DNA of 64,000 nt, taken from NCBI GenBank assembly GCA_963841435.1, contig CAWJCS010000006.1:448001-512000 (forward strand), given 5' to 3'. Both the position numbers and the translations under genes were made by a program. Shown here piece after piece: positions 59,800 through 64,000 of this stretch. The first letter of the stretch is position 1, and each line of letters starts with the position of its first letter. Source of the DNA: an uncultured delta proteobacterium. GTDB taxonomy: Bacteria > Myxococcota_A > Polyangia > Polyangiales > Polyangiaceae. The notes beneath the pieces are model-generated. The model saw nothing but the letters and a program-made list of their open reading frames with translations, was not told where the DNA came from and searched no databases.

Positions 59800-61865
59800 T
59801 GCCGACCGTGCTCATCGTCAACGACAGTCTCACGGTGCGCATGGACCTCGTCGAGGCCTTCGAATCCGTCGGATTTCGCTGTCTGGGCTGCGGCACCGTG
59901 CGCGAGGCGACGGAATTTCTCGGGCGCGAGGCGATCGACGTCGCGGTGCTCGACGTGATGCTGCCCGACGGCGACGGCATCGAGCTCTTGGAGCGCGTAC
60001 GGGGCGGCGCAGCGGCCCGCCGCATCGTCGTGCTCATGCTCTCGAGCGAGGCCGAGGTGCGTGATCGCCTGCGCGGGCTCGCGACGGGCGCCGACGAGTA
60101 CGTCGGCAAGCCCTACGAGGCGAGCTACGTCGTTGCCCGCGCCCAGGAGCTGATGGGTGGCGCGGAAGCGGCCTCGGAGCAACCCCTCGTCTTGCTCGTG
60201 GACGACAGTGCGACATTCCGAACCGCGTTCGGTCGGGCGCTCGTCGAGGGTGGCTTTCGCCTGGTCACGGCGAGCTCGGGCGAGGAAGGCCTCCGCATCG
60301 CCGCCGCGCGCGCGCCCAACGCCATCGTCGTCGACGGCGTGTTGCCCGGGATGGACGGCCCCACGCTGATCCGACGCGTGCGCCTCGACGGAGCGCTGCG
60401 CGGCGTGCCTTGCCTGCTCCTGTCGGGGTCGCAAGGCCCGGAGCACGAGCTCGCGGCGCTCGACTCCGGGGCCGATGCCTTCGTCAGCAAGACCGACGAC
60501 GCTCGCGTGATCCTTGCCAAGCTGCGGGCTCTCCTGCGCGCGTCCACCGAGGCCCGCGACGCGCCGCGCACGCGGAGCCTCGCGGGCCCTCGCCGCGTTC
60601 TCGTCGTCGACGACAGCGCGACTTTTCGCGAGACGATGGCGGAAGCCCTGCGGCTCGAAGGCTACGATGTCGTGCAGGTTGCCTCCGGTGAGGAAGCGCT
60701 CGAGCTCGTCGCGGTGCAGCCCGTGGACTGCGTGCTGCTCGATCTCGTGATGCCCGGTCTCGGCGGCACGGAAACCTGCCGGCGGCTCAAGCTGGCCGTG
60801 CCGTCGCGCGACATCCCCGTGCTCGTGCTCACGGCCGTCGAGGATCGATCGGTCGTCCTGGAAGTGCTCGGCGCCGGCGCGGACGATTTCATCCAGAAGT
60901 CGAGCGAGCTCGACGTGCTCAAGGCGCGTGTCCGGGCACAGCTCAGGCGCCGCCAGTTCGAGGACGAGACGCGCCGGGTGCGTGAGCAGCTGCTCCGGAG
61001 CGAAATCGACGCGGCCGAGGCACGTGCGGCCCACAAGGCCGCCGTTTCGCGCATGGCGTTTCTCGAGCGCCTCGCGGAGAAGAATCGGGAGCTCGACCAG
61101 GCCTACAAGGATCTCCAAGCGGCGCAGGCCCAGCTCGTTCAGGCAGCGAAGATGGCGTCGCTCGGCGGGCTCGTGGCGGGTATCGCGCACGAGATCAACA
61201 ACCCGTTGGCCTTCTCGCTCTCGCACCTGTCCACCGCGGAGCGCGACCTCGATGGCCTGGCGGCCTTGGTACTCGGCGCGCTCGGCGATGCCGAGCGTCC
61301 CGCTTGGGAGCGAGCACACACGCGCTTGCGCGAGATGCGCATCGGGCTCGAACGAATTGGTCAGCTGGTGCTCAAGTTGCGCACGTTCTCGCGCCTCGAC
61401 GAAGGAGCGCTCGAGCGCGTGGACATCGTCGAGAGCGTTGATTCCGTTCTCACCATCCTGCAGCACCGGCTCCGCGATCGCATCAACGTCGTGCGTCGCT
61501 TCGACGCGCCGCGCAAGCTCGATTGCTATCCTGGACCGTTGAATCAAGCCATCATGAACCTCGTCGCGAACTCCATCGACGCCATCGCCGGGCAAGGCAC
61601 CATCACCATCAGCACCGACGTGCAAGGCGACCGCTATTGCATCGCCGTGGCCGATACGGGCTCGGGCATCCTGCCCGAGCACCGCGAGCAGGTCTTCGAT
61701 CCGTTCTTCACGACCAAGCCCGTGGGGCAGGGCACGGGCCTCGGCCTCAGCATCACGTACGCCATCGTGCGTCAGCACGGCGGTGAGCTCGTCGTTTCAC
61801 AGCCGAGCACCGGCGGCACGACGATGACCATGCGCTTGCCCCTGTCGCAGGAGGGTGCGGCGTGA
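59799..61865 (+). CDS. Triple-receiver histidine kinase (REC-REC-REC-HisKA-HATPase)
   Basis: Three REC domains; [33 protein letters not shown]. Confidence 0.95.
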   Translation: MPTVLIVNDSLTVRMDLVEAFESVGFRCLGCGTVREATEFLGREAIDVAVLDVMLPDGDGIELLERVRGGAAARRIVVLMLSSEAEVRDRLRGLATGADEYVGKPYEASYVVARAQELMGGAEAASEQPLVLLVDDSATFRTAFGRALVEGGFRLVTASSGEEGLRIAAARAPNAIVVDGVLPGMDGPTLIRRVRLDGALRGVPCLLLSGSQGPEHELAALDSGADAFVSKTDDARVILAKLRALLRASTEARDAPRTRSLAGPRRVLVVDDSATFRETMAEALRLEGYDVVQVASGEEALELVAVQPVDCVLLDLVMPGLGGTETCRRLKLAVPSRDIPVLVLTAVEDRSVVLEVLGAGADDFIQKSSELDVLKARVRAQLRRRQFEDETRRVREQLLRSEIDAAEARAAHKAAVSRMAFLERLAEKNRELDQAYKDLQAAQAQLVQAAKMASLGGLVAGIAHEINNPLAFSLSHLSTAERDLDGLAALVLGALGDAERPAWERAHTRLREMRIGLERIGQLVLKLRTFSRLDEGALERVDIVESVDSVLTILQHRLRDRINVVRRFDAPRKLDCYPGPLNQAIMNLVANSIDAIAGQGTITISTDVQGDRYCIAVADTGSGILPEHREQVFDPFFTTKPVGQGTGLGLSITYAIVRQHGGELVVSQPSTGGTTMTMRLPLSQEGAA

Positions 61866-63790
61866 GCGCGAACGCGGCTCAGCGCGTGCTCGTCGTCGAC
61901 GACGAGCCCCAGGTGCTCGTGGCGCTCGAGGATCTCCTGCGCGACCAGTTCTTCGTGCTCACGGCCGACTCCGCCGAACGCGCTCTCGCCGTCGCACGGC
62001 GCGAGCCCGACATCGCCGTCGTCTTGACCGACCAGCGGATGCCCGGGATGAGCGGTGACGAGCTCCTCACCCAGCTCGCGGGCTCGCTACCCGCCGAGCG
62101 CATCCTGCTCACGGGGTACGCCAACGTCGCGGCCGTCGTGAGAGCCGTCAACGAAGGCCGCATCTTCGCGTACGCCACGAAGCCGTGGAACCCCGACGAC
62201 CTGCGGATCAAGGTGGCGAAGGCCGCCGAGCGCTACCGGCTCGCCACGGAGCTCACCCACGAGCGAGAGCTCTTGAATCGCGTGCTCGGTGGCATGGCCG
62301 ACGGCGTCATCGCCGCCTCCCGCAGCGGAGAGCTTTTGCTCTTCAACCTGCAAGCGGAGCGTCTGCTCGGGATCCAGGCGTCGCGGTTCGACCCGCGGAC
62401 TTGGCTCGAGGCCTGCGGCGTTCACGAGCCCGACGAACGCACGCCGCTCGATCCGGCTCGCGATCCGCTGCGCCACGCGATGGACGGACGGCCCCAGGGC
62501 GATTGCGAGATTTTCGTGAAAAATGCGCGGGTCGAGGGGGCGTTTCTTTCCGTCGCTTCGGCCGAGCTGCGCGACGAAGCGCGCGCGGTCGTCGGCGGCG
62601 TCCTCGTCTTGCGGGACATCACCGACCGAAGGCGGCTCGAGAGCGAGCTCGCCCAGGCTCATAGGGTGGAAGCCCTGGGAATGCTGGCGGGCGGCGTGGC
62701 TCACGACTTCAACAACATGCTCGCCGTGATCACGGGCCACGGGGAGCTGTTGCTCGGTGAGCTCGCCGAAGACGACGCTCGGCGGCCCGATCTCCTGCAG
62801 ATGCTGACGGGCGCGCGCCGCGCAGCGGGTCTCACGCGACAGCTGCTCACCTTCAGCCGCAAGCAGGTGCGACGGCTCGAGATCGTCAACGTGAACCAGA
62901 TCGTGGCGGGCATGCGCAGCATGCTCGAGCGGGTGATCGGGGAGGACATCGCGCTTTTCGCCGAGCTTTCGCCCGACCTGTGGCCGGTGCGTGCGGACGT
63001 GAGCCAGCTCGAGCAGGTGTTGCTCAATCTCACGGCGAATGCGCGAGACGCAATGCCGTCGGGCGGACGTTTCACGATCCAGACCGCAAACGTCGCGGCG
63101 AGCGCCGCGGGCGAGGGGCGCGTGCGCCTCGCCGTGACGGACACGGGTGTCGGCGTCGACGACCAGACGCGTCTCCGCATGTTCGAGCCGTTCTTCACGA
63201 CCAAGGAGCCCGGGCGCGGAACCGGCCTCGGCCTTGCCACGGTGCAGCGCATCGTGCAGGAGCTTCACGGCGAGCTTCGGGTCACGAGCACGGTCGGCCA
63301 GGGCACGACGTTCGTGTTGGACCTGCCAGCCGCGCCGGGCCTCACGCCGGCGGGGCTCGGCACCAGGCGATCACTTTCGCCCATTGCCGAGGGTGGCGCT
63401 TCGATCCTCGTCGTGGAGGACGAGGACGCCGTCAGGAAGGTCACGGCGCGCCTCCTGCGCCAGCGTGGCTACGCCGTGCTCGAGGCGCGGCTGCCAGGCG
63501 ACGCGCTCGAGCTTTGCGAGCGGGAAAGCACGCGCGTCAACCTGCTGCTCGCGGACGTCGTCATGCCGCAGATGGCTGGGCCCGAGCTCGCCGAGCGACT
63601 GCGGCGCATGCGCCCCGATCTGCGCGTGCTCTACGCCTCTGGTTACTCGGCATCGAGCGTCGCCGAACGCGGCGTCAACGTGCTCGGTGCTGCCTATCTC
63701 GAGAAGCCATTCTCGGCGGAAGCGCTCTACGCGGAGGTCGCCGCGGCGCTCTACGGGCCCACGAGCCTCACGCCTCGTTCCGCGCCCTGA
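61862..63790 (+). CDS. Hybrid histidine kinase REC-PAS-HisKA-HATPase-REC
   Basis: TDQRMP, PAS-like region, [23 protein letters not shown]-terminal REC ADVVMP. Confidence 0.95.
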   Translation: MSANAAQRVLVVDDEPQVLVALEDLLRDQFFVLTADSAERALAVARREPDIAVVLTDQRMPGMSGDELLTQLAGSLPAERILLTGYANVAAVVRAVNEGRIFAYATKPWNPDDLRIKVAKAAERYRLATELTHERELLNRVLGGMADGVIAASRSGELLLFNLQAERLLGIQASRFDPRTWLEACGVHEPDERTPLDPARDPLRHAMDGRPQGDCEIFVKNARVEGAFLSVASAELRDEARAVVGGVLVLRDITDRRRLESELAQAHRVEALGMLAGGVAHDFNNMLAVITGHGELLLGELAEDDARRPDLLQMLTGARRAAGLTRQLLTFSRKQVRRLEIVNVNQIVAGMRSMLERVIGEDIALFAELSPDLWPVRADVSQLEQVLLNLTANARDAMPSGGRFTIQTANVAASAAGEGRVRLAVTDTGVGVDDQTRLRMFEPFFTTKEPGRGTGLGLATVQRIVQELHGELRVTSTVGQGTTFVLDLPAAPGLTPAGLGTRRSLSPIAEGGASILVVEDEDAVRKVTARLLRQRGYAVLEARLPGDALELCERESTRVNLLLADVVMPQMAGPELAERLRRMRPDLRVLYASGYSASSVAERGVNVLGAAYLEKPFSAEALYAEVAAALYGPTSLTPRSAP

Positions 63791-64000
63791 GCACGAGCCC
63801 CGCGAGCAGGCCCGTGAGCGCCGCGAGCCGCAGGCCGGTGCGACCCTGGACCCACGGGGCGGGCACGCGCTCGACGAGCAGCTCGGCGCATCTTTCGAGC
63901 TCGAGTGGGCGCGGCCGAAAGATGCGGCGCGCCATGGGGCGGACGTCGAGGCGCTCCGGCAGGCGCGCCCCCTCGGCTCGCAGGCGCTCCGAAGGGAAGA
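63768..64000 (-). CDS. 3' end of a hypothetical protein (partial)
   Basis: Open frame ...PERLDVRPMARRIFRPRPLELERCAELLVER...RARNEA* with GC3-rich codons. Confidence 0.45.
   Translation of the reverse strand, partial: FPSERLRAEGARLPERLDVRPMARRIFRPRPLELERCAELLVERVPAPWVQGRTGLRLAALTGLLAGLVLRARNEA

Overview
GC-rich bacterial DNA. Gene content and style (Gly-rich and Cys-rich lipoproteins, complete mevalonate genes, many response regulators) point to a myxobacterium, probably Polyangiales; this is an inference. In order: partial SARP/BTAD-TPR regulator, truncated globin, glnE, phosphoesterase, trpFBA, Cip1-like lipoprotein, CheY/GAF pair, and an isoprenoid cluster (fni, polyprenyl synthase, mvk, mvaD, PMK, HMGR). 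Then a Y1/HUH (RAYT-like) gene embedded in about 1.8 kb of different tandem-repeat arrays, M15 peptidase, TetR, VanW, uvrC, a vWA-like Cys-rich lipoprotein, Uma2, an OmpR regulator, a methyltransferase and rsmE. Then the dcw cluster mraZ to ftsZ (no murB or ddl) and a Wsp/ACF-type chemosensory operon with two hybrid kinases. Most notable: (1) the RAYT and repeat-array locus; (2) recurrent Asp-to-Asn substitutions, all CGAC to CAAC, at conserved positions of the chemosensory operon, including the CheA receiver phosphoacceptor. Single-base frameshifts in ftsI and glnE suggest assembly indel errors, so base-level claims need read validation. No rRNA, tRNA or CRISPR array was recognised.
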